Below are positions 21,801 through 33,600 of a stretch of DNA of 64,000 bases, piece after piece. Made by a program: the position numbers and the translations under genes. The stretch is taken from assembly GCA_004431415.1 (NCBI GenBank), contig QPMI01000695.1, positions 21,198-85,197 on the forward strand, written 5' to 3'. A model generated the notes under the pieces. That model saw nothing but the letters and a program-made list of their open reading frames with translations. It made no database searches and was not told the DNA's origin. Numbering within the stretch: the first letter of the stretch is position 1; every line of letters begins with the position of its first letter. The stretch is from Cyanophora paradoxa CCMP329 (taxonomy: Eukaryota > Plantae > Glaucophyta).

Positions 21801-24800
21801 ACTATTGCTTGGCGAGGCACCAGCACCTTTTCAGCGCTTGCCACTATAAAAATCAAATCTAGCGCCTTTGATATAGCCTAGGTACGCTTCTCCAGTCAGT
21901 GAAAAGGCCGGGATCTTTTCCTGGCTTCATGATCAATTTTCATGATCATCATGAACACTGCATGCATGGGTGCTCAGATCCTCACTGCGAGCCAAATTGA
22001 AACTCGGGGCCCATATTGCATACGCCCGCGAGCATGCTGTTGGGGGTTCTCGAGGCTGGATTTGATTATGAAGTCGGTTGAAGACAGATCCGAGGCTGCG
22101 CTGCCCTGCAACTTGGCACAAATGAAGTGTTGGCAATTGGGGTCCACTATTGCTTGGCGAGGCACCAGCACCTTTTCAGCGCTTGCCACTATTAAAATCA
22201 AATCTAGCGCCTTTGATATAGTCCAGGTACGCTTCTCCAGTCAGTGAAAAGGCCGGGATCTTTTCCTGGCTTCATGATCAATTCTCATGATCATCATGAA
22301 CACTGCATGCATGGGTGCTCAGATTATCACTGCGAGCCAAATCGAAACTCGGGGCCCATATTGCATACGCCCGTGAGTATGCAGATGGGGGTTCTCGAGG
22401 GCGCTGGATTTGATTATGAAGTCGGTTTAAGACAGATCCGAGGCTGCGGTGCCCTGCAACTTGGCACAAATGAAGTGTTGGCAATTGGGGCCCACTATTG
22501 CTTGGCGAGGTACAAGCACCTTTTCAGCGCTTGCCACTATAAAAATCAAATCTAGCGCCTTTGATATAGCCTAGGTACGCTTCTCCAGTCAGTCAAAAGG
22601 TCGGGATCTTTGCAAAGCCTCATGATCAGTGATCATGATCATCATGAACACTGCATGCATGGGTGCTCAGATTATCACTGCGAGCCAAATCGAAACTCGG
22701 GGCCCATATTGCATACGCCCGTGAGTATGCAGATGGGGGTTCTCGAGGGCGCTGGATTTGATTATGAAGTCGGTTTAAGACAGATCCGAGGCTGCGGTGC
22801 CCTGCAACTTGGCACAAATGAAGTGTTGGCAATTGGGGCCCACTATTGCTTGGCGAGGTACAAGCACCTTTTCAGCGCTTGCCACTATAAAAATCAAATC
22901 TAGCGCCTTTGATATAGCCTAGGTACGCTTCTCCAGTCAGTCAAAAGGTCGGGATCTTTGCAAAGCCTCATGATCAGTGATCATGATCATCATGAACACT
23001 GCATGCATCATGGGCATGGGTGCTCAGATTATCACTGCGAGCCAAATCGAAACTCGGGGCCCATATTGCATACGCCCGTGAGTATGCAGATGGGGGTTCT
23101 CGAGGGCGTTGGATTTGATTATGAAGTCGGTTTAAGACAGATCCGAGGCTGCGGTGCCCTGCAACTTGGCACAAATGAAGTGTTGGCAATTGGGGCCCAC
23201 TATTGCAAATTGCTTGGCGAGGTACAAGCATCTTTTCAGCGCTTGCCACTATCAAAATCAAATCTAGCGCCTTTGATATAGCCAAGGTACGCTTCTCCAG
23301 TCAGTCAAAAGGTCGGGATCTTTGCAAAGCCTCATGATCGTGATCAGTGATCATGATCATCATGAGCACTACACCGCCCGGCGACCCGCGCCACCGCCCG
23401 CCGCGCCTCCGCCCCGCCCCGCGAGCCGCGCCGCCACCCCTGAGCCCCCGCCCCGTCCGACGAGCCGCGTCGCCGCCCGACGCGTTTCCGCCCCGCCCCG
23501 CGAGCCGCGGCGCCGCCCGCCGCGCCTCCGCCCGCCCCGCGAGCCGCGGCGCCGCCCGCCGCGCCCGCGCCCCGCCCGGCGACCCGCGCCTCCGCCCGCC
23601 GCGCCTCCGACCTGCCCGGCGAGCCGCGCCTCCGCCCGCCGCGCCTCCGCCCCGCCCCGCGAGCCGCGGCGCCGCCCGCCGCGCCTCCGACCTGCCCGGC
23701 GAGCCGCGCCTCCGCCCGCCGCGCCTCCGCCCCGCCCCGCGAGCCGCGCCTCCGCCCGCCGCGCCTCCGCCCCGCCCGCGAGCCGCGCCTCCGCCCGCCG
23801 CGCCCCGCCCCGCCCGGCGAGCCGCGCCGCCCCCGACACGCCTCCGCCCTGCCCGGCGAGCCGCGCCTCCGCCCGCCGCGCCTCCGCCCGCCCCGCGAGC
23901 CGTGTCTCCGCCCGCCGCGCCGCCGCCCCGCCCTGCGAGCTGCGCCGCAACCCGCTGAGCCCCGCCCTGCCCGGCGAGCCGAGTCGCTGCCCGACGCGCC
24001 TCCGCCCCGTCCGGCGAGCCGCGTCGCCGCCCGCCGAGCCTCCGCCCCGCCCCGCGAGCCGTGTCTCCGCCCGCCGCGCCGCCGCCCCGCCCTGCGAGCT
24101 GCGCCGCAACCCGCTGAGCCCCCGCCCTGCCCGGCGAGCCGAGTCGCTGCCCGACGCGCCTCCGCCCCGTCCGGCGAGCCGCGTCGCCGCCCGCCGAGCC
24201 TCCGTCCCGCCCCGCGAGCTGCGCCGCCGCCCGCCGCGCCCCCGCCCGCCCAGTGAGCCGCGCCGCCACCCTGCCCGGAGAGCCGCGCTCGCCGCGTCTC
24301 CTACCTGGCCGGAGGGAGCCGTGCCACCGCCCGCTGTCTCGCTGAACCCGCCAGGCAAGTTTAGCGGGGGGAGAGAGGGGGGGGGGAGGGAGACAGGACG
24401 GGCAGCTGGCGGCGCGCGAGGCGCGCGCCCCGGGCGGCGGGCGATCGGACCTACAGGACGTGGCGGCTGGTGCCAAGGAGGCGGTAGCTGCGGCGACGGG
24501 GAAGCCTCGGCAGCTGCGGCGGCGGGCTCGGCGACGTGCGAGGCGTGCGCCCCGGGCCGCCGCCCGCCGATCCTACGTCCCGCCGTGCGATCCCTGCTGC
24601 CGCCCTCCGCGCTACTGAACGCGAAGCTATGGTCTGGAAGCGCACCCGCGGCCATGGCGATGGCAGGGCGCGTTCGCCGCCAGCGGCGTGCCGGCACTCC
24701 ATCGCCCGCTACGAAGGAGAGATCAACAGCGAGAAGCGTGCGGCAGTTCGCCTGTCCCCCCGTTCCCGGCCAGGCGGCCGCCGCACCTTGGCTCGGCTTG

Positions 24801-27495
24801 GGCGCGGGGCCAACCAACTGGGCCGACGGGGCTCACCGCCGGCGATCCCTGCGAAATCGAGTGAGCTGTACGACACGCGGGGAACGCGGAGGGCACGGCA
24901 TAGACGCACGTCGTCGGTTTGTGGGAGGAAGGCAGGCCGTCAACGCAGCGCCGCACGGAAACACGGCCACGCCAGGGAATAGACCCAGCTGCGAGAGCAC
25001 GGACCACACGCGCCTAGCTATAGCTAACTTAAGGGCCGCGCGCCGCGTCTGCGAGCTTCCGAAGTTCCGCCAACGTGCGCGGAACCAAGCGAGCTGCGAA
25101 GGAGCCGGGACCGCTTCAGGCGCCCTCGAAAAGCTGAGCCGAGGGGCGTCAGGCGCCCTCGCTGTTTGGTCTCGCAAGGCGGGGTGCCGCTTTCGCCGAA
25201 CAGCTGTGTACCCCAAATACGCTGCCTTGGAACGCTTTGAAGAGCACGCAGCTGCAGGGCAAGAACTGGCCGCGGCTTCCAGCACGGGACGCGATGGACT
25301 CTCGGTTCGTCGGCGCTGGGCTCTCCACCGCAGCGCATCCGGTCCTTACTCCGCATTTCAAACAGGTCAAACGGAGTCCGCACAGCTGCCGCGAACTTGA
25401 CGAGCCTCGAGCGCGAACGACGCTCGAAGGTGCCTACTTGCATCCTCTCGCGTCCCCCGCCTGTCGCCGGCCTGATTTCAAACGCAGAGCGCTGCCCCAG
25501 CGCGGCGGGCGCCCGCTCGTGGCGGAGAGCGCTCGTGCACGCGTCGTTCTTGCCTCTTCAAGCGCCCTTGATCTGCATTCTTAGCCCGGCCGCCGCCGCC
25601 AAGTGTTCCTGCTTTTGGTCGGCTCGCGCAGAAAGGAGAAGGCGGCTGCCGATGCGAAGCAAGGTGCTTTTTCGTTTCATCTCCTTTGCCCCAATCCCTC
25701 ATTCCGCTTGCGGTCCAGGGAACGGGGTGACTGGTCCGCGCGAGCAGAGCACCACCATCCAGTTCGCCTAGCGTCTTCTCCCGCAGGCCAGGTGCTCGCT
25801 CTTGTTTCCGCTACTCTCGCGTCGATGTTTTTGTGACGCCGGCCGCGTGCGCAGCGGAGCGGGTGCCGTTCTCGGACGCGTGGCTGCTGGACGCCCTCGG
25901 AGTTCATGCGCTTGCGGCCGCTGTGGCGCAGATGCGGCGGGTGCGGTCGTTTGACGGCGCGCATTCTTCTCTTCTTTCGGTTGACGCTCCGAGCGCAGCG
26001 AGCGCTGCGCCGTCGCGGCGACCGCGTTCCGGGCGCTCTCAAACTCGGTGTGGGCGCTCGGCGACAGGTGCGGTCTGTTTATTGGCGCGCGTTCTATCTT
26101 CTTTTGATTGACATTCCTCTCCGTGCGCAGCGAGCGCTCTGCCTTCGACGTCGGGCACGGGCAAGGGATGCTGGAAGCGGGGACGGGCCTGCTGCTCTCT
26201 CCTTGCTGCGGTGCGCAGACGTCCCCTTGCTTCCCACTTCTCTCTTTATGGTAGGAGCCCGCTTATCCTGATGCGCGCAGCGCAGCGAGCGCGGCGACGT
26301 TCCGCAGCGAGTGCGGCGAGGGCGCATTCTGCCTGGGCCGGAGGCGGGCTGCTGGCGACCGGCTGGGCATGCGCAGGCAGCGGACGATGCCGCAGGCAGG
26401 ACAGCGCTAGCAGCACTACCTGCTGTTCGGCAGCTGATTGCAGTTAGTTTTCCTTTTCTCGGCAACTAGCGCGGGGGGACGACGCCGCTTGCAGGTCATT
26501 GCGTATTGTGTAAACCCCTCACAGCCTGAGTTGCAGGCGGGGCAGATTGGGGCAGATGAGCTCGAGGGCGCCCGCGCACGATCGGCCACGAGGCCGCTAG
26601 CTGTTTCACAGTGGGCGCACATGTACATCTACACGAGGCGCCGCGCGGGCTCGGGATTGGCCCAAAAGCCGCTGAGCTGTATGCGCATGCGCACATGTAC
26701 TACGGTACGACCTAGGGGCGCCGGCGCCACGCGTGCCCCGTCGAGCTTGACGACCGACTCTAGATCTCTCTCTCGGCGAGCTCGAGCGCTAGCCGCGTCG
26801 AGCTCAGGCCCATAGCAACGAGCTCGACGACCGTCGACCGGCCGGCGCCACGCTGCTGGCTATAGCTACGTATACGTACGCCGCGGCGCCGGCGCATGCG
26901 CAGTGCGTCCAGCTGCGTCGAGCGACGCAGTGCGTCGAACTTCGAGTGCGTCGAGCGACGCAGTTTCGTGAAACTTGGCGCACTGCTTGAAACTGCGTGG
27001 AGATTTCGAGCAGTGCTTCATTTCCGACGCAATGCTTGAAATTCCCACGCAATGCTTGAAATTTCCGACGCAATGCGTGGGTGAGCCAAAAGTGCCGGGG
27101 TACCAGATGGGCCCTTCATCCCCCGACCTGCGGCCCGTCCCCACCGGTCAGCGGCTATGCAGGGCGAAGGGGCGGCGGCGGCGCCGCCAGGGGGCGAGGA
27201 GGTGGCAGTGGTGCCCCTGCCTGCGGACGAGGAGGAGATCGACGAGGATATCGAGCTGCAGGAGGGGGATCCGGTGCCGGAGGACGAGGTGCCCGAGGAG
27301 AGCGGGGACGAGGAGGAGGAGGAGGAGGAGACCGCCGAGTACGACGCCGAGGCAGAGGAGGAGGCGGAGGAGGAGATGGAGGCGGAGGATGAGGGCGCCA
27401 ACATGCTCGATTTCGATGATAGGGCCCTAGCGGAGGTTCTAGCAGACGATCTAGCGGAGGGGGAAATAGACGAAATGGATTTGGACCAGACATAG
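15839..27495 (+). CDS. RAG1/Transib-clade DDE transposase, multi-exon, interrupted by an 8.5-kb TIR insertion
   Basis: Motifs in order: ISD|ATYFEF..FLPSKHCITKLR, RLAGDG (D 17146), QSSYAILPLMLFGGSDSEENL, TGDYKFLRVLLG..CPHC (D 17458), LDDALH, YMHSTLAH, GRWSCEVIES (E 18350), paralleling RAG1 D600, D708, DALH, YFHKTLAH and GAWASEGNES. Removing 18567-27109 rejoins the frame to the acidic tail ORF 27157-27495. Confidence 0.85.
20760..21330 (+). repeat. ~40-bp GC-rich minisatellite (G-rich strand)
   Basis: Repeats of GCGGAGGCGCGGCGGGCGGCGGCGCGGCTCGCCGG-like unit. Confidence 0.85.
21376..23345 (+). repeat. ~348-bp tandem satellite, about 5.6 copies
   Basis: CAGATCCGAGGCTGCG recurs near 21385, 21740, 22085, 22433, 22781 and 23138; units are joined by TCATGA/TGATCA-rich tracts. 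Confidence 0.92.
23370..24300 (-). repeat. ~40-bp GC-rich minisatellite, inverted relative to 20760-21330
   Basis: Reverse-complement units (CCGCCCGCCGCGCCTCCGC...). Confidence 0.85.
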
Positions 27496-27499
27496 CGCA

Positions 27500-29531
27500 C
27501 CTTGTAACCTAGATAGTGCGATTCTCAGTAGCAGCTTCACGACTTTGCCCTCTTGCGCGCCGCCACCGCGGCCGCGAGCTGTGCCGCGCGATCCTTCCTG
27601 CTGCAGGATTAGGCGAGCAAGTAGCCGAGCGGGGGCGAGGGGAGGGGCGCACTTGGGGACCGAGGCGGATGCGGCGGGGGCAGGTAGGGCGGCAGCGGCC
27701 GGTGGGGCAGCAGCAGCAGGGGCCGACAGGGCGGCGACCGGCGGGGCGGGGCGGGCGGGCGGCGGCGGCGGGGGCCGGCGGGGCGGCGACGGCGGGGGCC
27801 GGCAGGGCGGCGGCAGCGGGGCCGGCAGGGCGGCGGCGGCGGGGCCGGCAGGGCGGCGGCGGCAGGTTCTGAAGGGGCTGCTTCGGGGACAGGCGGCGCC
27901 TTGGCGACGGTGTTGGCGCCGGCGCGGCACCGGCGCGGGCGCTTCACAGGGACAGCCGCGAGGGGCCCCGCGAGGCTGGCGATGCGCTCGCCGTCGGGCC
28001 GTACTCGTAGCTCGGAAGCTCGAGCGTGACGTGCCCACCTTTCCTGCCGAGCGCTTCGTGGCCACGATCCGACCGGGACCTGCCGCGCCCAAGGAGCAGA
28101 GCTTCGTAAGCGAGCGGCGCGGCGAGGGCGGGCCGGGCGCACGCTCGTCGAACTGGACGACGTCATGGGAGCCCGTGTGGCGCGGCACGATTAAGCCGCC
28201 GTACGCCTTCTCGACGGTGACGGTCTTCATCTCGCTGTGCTTCCGGATCGCCTTCCCGTCCGCGTCCCGCTTGCAGACGCGCTTGGACGCTTGCGCCACG
28301 CCGGAGGGACCGAGAACAGCTGCAAAGAGGTCGGAAAAAGAACAGCGAGCGGGATAAAGGAAGCGGCTTCCACCAGTAGTGGTCTCGCGGTCCGGAAGCT
28401 CGATAACGAAGCGATTCGCCGCCGGCAGCTTGTCAACCGGGATCGGCTGGCCCGTCTTCGGGTCGATGGGCGTGGCGACGTGCGCGACCTGCGCCATGAT
28501 GTTCTCCTGCGATGCGCACCGTTAGAGGATAGGAAAATGAACTTCGAACGATTCATAAGAGCCGCAGACCAACATTGCCGGCCCGGCCACCGGGATCTTG
28601 ACGTTGACAAGCTGCGTCCCGGTCTTCCGGCGCTTGAGGGCGTTCGCGGCGGCGTCCTGAAGGTAGCCAATCGCCTCCACGCGCTCCTCCGGCCTCGACA
28701 GCGGCCGGAGGAAGCACGCCATCTTCTTCTTCGCCACTCGCTTGAGCCTCGCGTTGAAGGCGAGGGCGACGTCGAACTGGAAGGAGCCGTCGCCCGGGAA
28801 CGTCATGATTTGCTTACAGACGTAGATGTGGGGATCGGCGTGGTTGAGGGCTTTGTACTCGTCCGCGGCCACCACCTTCGCGAGTGCGTGAACCTGCGCG
28901 CACGGGCATCGGACGCTGGAACGGGGCGCGGGCGCGGCGGGCGGACCGTCACGTTCGAGTAGTAGATGAGGTGGTTTGCGATGGCCACGGCTGCCTGCTC
29001 CCCGTCTGCCTTGATGATCACGCTGCCGAGCCCGCAGTCCTTCACATCGGAGTCCTCCGGGCGCACGAAGCGCCGAAGGATGACGCCGTTGACGAAGTAG
29101 TTGAAGTCGCCGCGCTTCGCCTTCGTCTGTGTTGGGAACTCGCCCTCGACTCGCGCCAAAATCGTTTCACCTGGGCGCGGGAAATGGAAGGGCTTCGGGC
29201 GAACGACGCTGAGTTCTGGACACAGCTGGGTGTCTGAGCTAACTGAACAGATGATGAAGTCGCCAAGGCGAACGTGGTAGGCGCGGCCGCTGGTGTCCAG
29301 GCAGCGGACCGTTGCCGCGGGGTGCTCGCCCTTGAGGATGTCGAGGTCAGGGAGCTTGGGCTCCTTCGCCTTGCGCGCCTGCTGAGTGATCTTGTTGACA
29401 CGCTTCATGTTGCCCTTGCCGGCCCACGAGCTGCTGCTGTCGGGTCGCTTGCCGTGCCAGCGGTGCCGACGTCGGGCCTCGTCGAAGCCGTCATCCCAGA
29501 GGCTGGGTTCCTTTCGCTTTGACTGCTTCAT
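27500..29531 (-). CDS. Multi-exon gene convergent with the transposase; N-terminal BAH-like domain; 3' end uncertain
   Basis: ORFs 28803-29531, 28522-28875 and 27451-28497 are linked by short GT-AG introns. VRLGDFIIC..ILARVE..RFVRPED..LIYYSN..KVV..Y..IYVC follows the BAH motif order. Confidence 0.6.
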
Positions 29532-29740
29532 GCACGGTGGCGTGCAGGAATGCTCGCGCTCGGGCGTGCGCGATGGCGGGAAGCTAGCTAGTCCGGCCTA
29601 GCCGAGGGAAGCTGACTAGCAAGCCGGCCTGCTGACCGTTACTGTGACCGTTGTGGCCGCGTGTGTACGCCACTGTGTACGAGGCCAAGTTCGAGCTCAA
29701 GTTTGCGCTGGGCTAATTTCATTGGCGGAAGAAGTTAACA

Positions 29741-30688
29741 ATGGGCGGGGCGTGACGCAAACTCCGTTCAGTTTGAAACGAGGGCCGACGAATGCAGCTG
29801 CTGCGGACGTACATGCAACAACGCATGCTTCGGGCTCGGCATCTCTCGACAGCGAAGGGCGTCGAGTGCCGTCAGCGTGCCATCGTTCATCTCCCCTACT
29901 CCACGGCGTTGATTCGCTTGCGCTACGACAACATGATCCTGAGGGACACCGTCGCGACCATCGCGGTCGAGCTTCACGCCCAGTGCAACGTGAATTGGGC
30001 CTACCCCAATGTCCTCTTCACGTGGTCGCCGCAACAGCCATCGGTCCGGATGACACTTCACTTCGAAGACACGAAGTATGCGGCCCCGTTCGAGTGCTCT
30101 ACGATTCAGATCGGGCCGCAAGGTGAACACCTGACACTCGACGCGGCTGCGGTGGCGGCAACACTTGACCAGGCGCTGTTCAAGCAAATCGTCTTCCGAC
30201 GACTCCGTCAGGAGCTCACGCGACCGATCGAGCAGGCAGCACTGTCTCTGGAGTGGTCGGCGGGGCAAACGATGTCGATCATCACTCGGTTGGCAGCGTG
30301 GATTCTCAAACTCGCCAGCACGACGTTCTAGCGCTACACGCTGGCACGGATCATGGGCCACCCCACGCAGCTCTGGACACTGATCCGCACGCTCTACCGG
30401 GCTCAGCTCGCACCGGACAAGGGGCCGCGTTACGCGAGTCGCTTCCCAGTAGTCCCCAATCGGTGTCTCCCAGTGGTGATGTGGGAGGATCGGGATGTCT
30501 GGCACAAGCAGAAGCCGGCGCCGCACGCGCATCTGCAGCGTCACGACCCGCAGCACCCGCCGGCGTCTTGGCGGTACTAGGCGGATCTCAACGACTTTGG
30601 TCTTCCGAAGCACTGGGAGGGCGCGTTTCCGGAGCGCGAACTTCACTCGGCCCTCGATTGGATCTGGCGCGTACAAGGCCACGACAAT
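29741..30688 (+). pseudogene. 5' part of retroelement ORF2 with in-frame stops
   Basis: ORFs 29792-30331 and 30353-30580 are in the same frame as 30689, have coding-like GC3 bias and are separated only by TAG codons; two TGA codons follow ATG 29741. Confidence 0.7.
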
Positions 30689-33600
30689 ATGCTGACGGAG
30701 CGTCGGACGCCGCCGCCGGCAGACGACGGATCGACTTGCTCGTCCGAGAATCGGGTCACGGGCCACACGGGGGAGCCGCCGGAGGTACTACAGGGCGGCT
30801 CCGCTCGAGTACCTCCGGCCTGGCCGGGGGTGCGGCGCTTCGTGAACCGCCCGATCCTTGCGACGGACATGCTCACTCGCGGCGGACCGTTGGCACAAGT
30901 GGTGGGCAAGGCGGCGCTTCACGGCGAACTGGCCCTCACAAACGACGACATCGCGATCCGCAACGAGACGTACGTCCCGCGTCGTCCGCGAACCGAGGAG
31001 GTGGATATCGGCAATCTGTCTGACGCGCCGGAGCCGGTGCGGGGCTACTACGGCGTGGCGCTATACGTGGACCTGCGGGACCGCGCGGAGCCGACAACGG
31101 GGGTCGTGGAGGCTACGCAAGGACGCCGTCGGGTGGCACCAGCTTTCGGGGCAGTCAACATCTTCCGGGGCGCTCTGGCGGCAGCGACGCGCACGACAGC
31201 TCCGGAGGGCCCCGACACCACTCCAGCCTCGTCGACAACACCGTCGACGACACGGCAGACGTCCCCTGCGGCGCCCGCAGCGGGCCCGTCGGCAGACGAC
31301 CCCTGGCAGCGCTACTCGGTCCAGATCCAGAGGGCGACAACGGCTCCGGCGCGGCTCCACGCGCTCGCGGACGAGAAGGCGGGCCTGGACGCGGCCAAGA
31401 GTCGACCTGAGTTTCGCGCCATCGTCCGGGCGACGGACGTATGGACGAAACCGAGTCACCCGCGCACAGGCGAGCTCCTCCCAACGACGTCGAGCAGTGT
31501 CACCTACGAACGCGACGACGACGTCCACGCTGTCATGCTGATGGCTGCGGATCTTCCGGAAGACTTCGCTCGGAGCGCGCGGAGCCGAGATCCGAACTCC
31601 ACGCGCATCGATCAGCATCTGGGCGTCAGCCACGTCCCTGACCCGCGAAGGGAACGGAGGGGACTGACAGTCCTCTCGACGGCGATCATGGCGACGGCCC
31701 TGCGGGGGCAAGCGCTGGTTCCCAACCTCACCGAGTTCCTCGTGGCGTTGTTCGGTATGCCGCAGGAGCAGGCGAGACCGGAGGAGCCGGAGACCGTGCC
31801 AGGCCTCAGCGTCGTCGACGCGCTCTTTCTCCGCGACCCGAAGCTCCGGCGCTTCTTCACGTCCGCTGATGCACTCCGCGCCGTCGTCATGCGCGAGGGC
31901 ATGATCCTCTTCAACCTGGGCACACTCTTGTGTCGGACGATCGACTTCCTCCAGGACTTCCGACGTCCAGAAATCATGTCGCGATACGACTGGCCAACCA
32001 GGCTCGCGTTCGACGAGCTCGGCCAGCCCCCAGCCCCGGATGCCGTGCACCAAGTCGCGCCGTTCCACTTCGGCAACATCACGGTGCACCGGATCCCGAC
32101 GGAGCTCTGCGCGGAGTTCCCCGAGGAGGGCCCCCAGCTCCCGGCGACCGTACAGCCGTGGTCCCCGCCGCCCAGGGAGCAGTGGATCAGGACCCCGGAG
32201 GGGACAGTCAAGCCGTTCGCCAAAGCCGTCATCTACCTGCGACGCGCGGACAACACGGAGGACCCTCGAGCGGTGGCGCTCCAACACCATGAGATCGTCC
32301 AGAACCTCCTCGGCCTCCGCGGCGAACCGGGCACAGCACCCTTGTCCACGTACGGGCACTACATTGGGCCGCACGCGCTGGTGACGAAGCTCGGTCGCTC
32401 CCCTGACCTCGACGAGACTCGGAGATTCTACGCGGCCGCGGGGGTCGACTACGACTCCCTCAGCTCCTCTCGCCCGCTCCCGGCCCGCCCGGACGTCTAC
32501 GGCATCTTCCCGCTGACCGACGACGGAGTGAGCATGCAGTATGCAACGGCCTTCTTCGTGGCAATGGGGGCGAACTTGCACGCGAGCGACCCGACGTCGT
32601 TCGAGGCCCTTCATCCCACGATCTCTCGACTGGTGCAGGAGACCTGTTGTATGGGGCCGGGTGGCGGCCAACCAGCGTTCATGACGGCGTCCGAGGAGCC
32701 GAGGACGACGAGGATGAGTGACGGCGCATACTTCGTGTCGACCGAACTGCAGAGTCAGCTGGCGTCTCTCGACCTGCAGGCCCCGTCACCAGCGCAGCTC
32801 GCAGCGTGCATCCGGGCGGGAATCCTCCACGGCACGCAGTTCTGGCGTAGCATCCGCTTCCACCGCTGCCCGCGAGGAGAGGAGCCGTCGCTGGACAATC
32901 TCTGGGCGGTCCCAATCCCCAAGGCGTTCACCATTGGAGAAGCCGACGGGAGACCTCGACTCTACGTTGACGAGAGCACCCTCCGCGAGCACGTTGCAAG
33001 CTTCGGGCTGGACGTCGCCTACGTGTGGCTATCAGCACACCGGGCACTTACGCACAGCACGGACTCGAACAATCTGCGGGACCCGCTCCGTCGACGCTAC
33101 GTGGAGGCACTGCTGCAGAGCAGGGCGTACTCGACGGCGTCGGGACACACGGCCTGGGAGACGCTGGAGGCGTGGCTCCGGACCGTCTTCGGCGACTACA
33201 CGCTGCGCATCACGGTGGCGGGGCCGCTGGAATACGACGCGGTGACGAACTCGGTCTCTGAATCGGTTGACATCACGACAACATTCCAAACGGCGGACCC
33301 GCTGACGTACTGGCGCGACGAGTCGCCGAAGCGCAAAGGGGACGTGTTCCTCTGCTACGACGCCGGTCTACACTGGGATGAGAGAACCCGCTTTCATCAC
33401 TGGAACAGCGTGAACAACAAGCGCGTGTGGGTGGCACTTCCCCCGCGCCCAGGCGGTGGCCCGTCGGGCGGACGGCCCCCGGGGCCGCCGGGAAGCGGTG
33501 GCGGTGGAGGTCGTGACGGCGCTGGCGGCAAGCGCAAGGGCGACGGTGGCAAGGGCAAGGGCCCCCCCGCAGCCTCAACGTCAACTAGCTCGTCGGCTAG

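Larger units (their letters stand above)
18567..27102. mobile_element. Non-autonomous foldback TIR DNA transposon, 8.5 kb
   Basis: 37-bp perfect TIR TACCCCGGCACTTTTGGCTCACCCACGCATTGCGTCG; TSD CCAGATG at 18560-18566 and 27103-27109; internal inverted arms ~19159-20700 versus ~24400-26470; no credible ORF. Confidence 0.92.
15652..29734. mobile_element. Nested two-gene DNA transposon (RAG1/Transib-like transposase plus convergent gene); ends uncertain
   Basis: Intron-containing genes interrupt the retroelement between ORF1 and ORF2; candidate boundary duplication TTAACAATGG at 15642-15651 and 29735-29744; no clear TIR seen. Confidence 0.55.

Noticed and set aside
20211-25400. Long Arg/Ala/Gly/Pro ORFs over minisatellites (also 3.1-5.0, 47-51 and 53-54 kb)
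   Set aside because: Stop-free frames caused by extreme GC content and tandem repeats; no domain motifs.
29671-29677. RSS heptamer (CACTGTG) as right end of the RAG1-like element
   Set aside because: No matching CACAGTG left end or nonamer; the apparent TSD TACGA at 15484 lies inside continuous ORF1 coding sequence.
15544-29771. Nested insert spliced out as a giant intron (GTAAG...TTCAG)
   Set aside because: Neither donor choice joins ORF1 to the coding frame of ORF2.
30329-30580. Alternative genetic code with TAG as sense
   Set aside because: Other genes in the window (GT34, Stealth-like, transposase tail) terminate at TAG.
33273-33584. LRLRGG in a minus-strand ORF
   Set aside because: Antisense shadow of ORF2 over a C-run; shows single motifs can arise by chance in GC-rich DNA.
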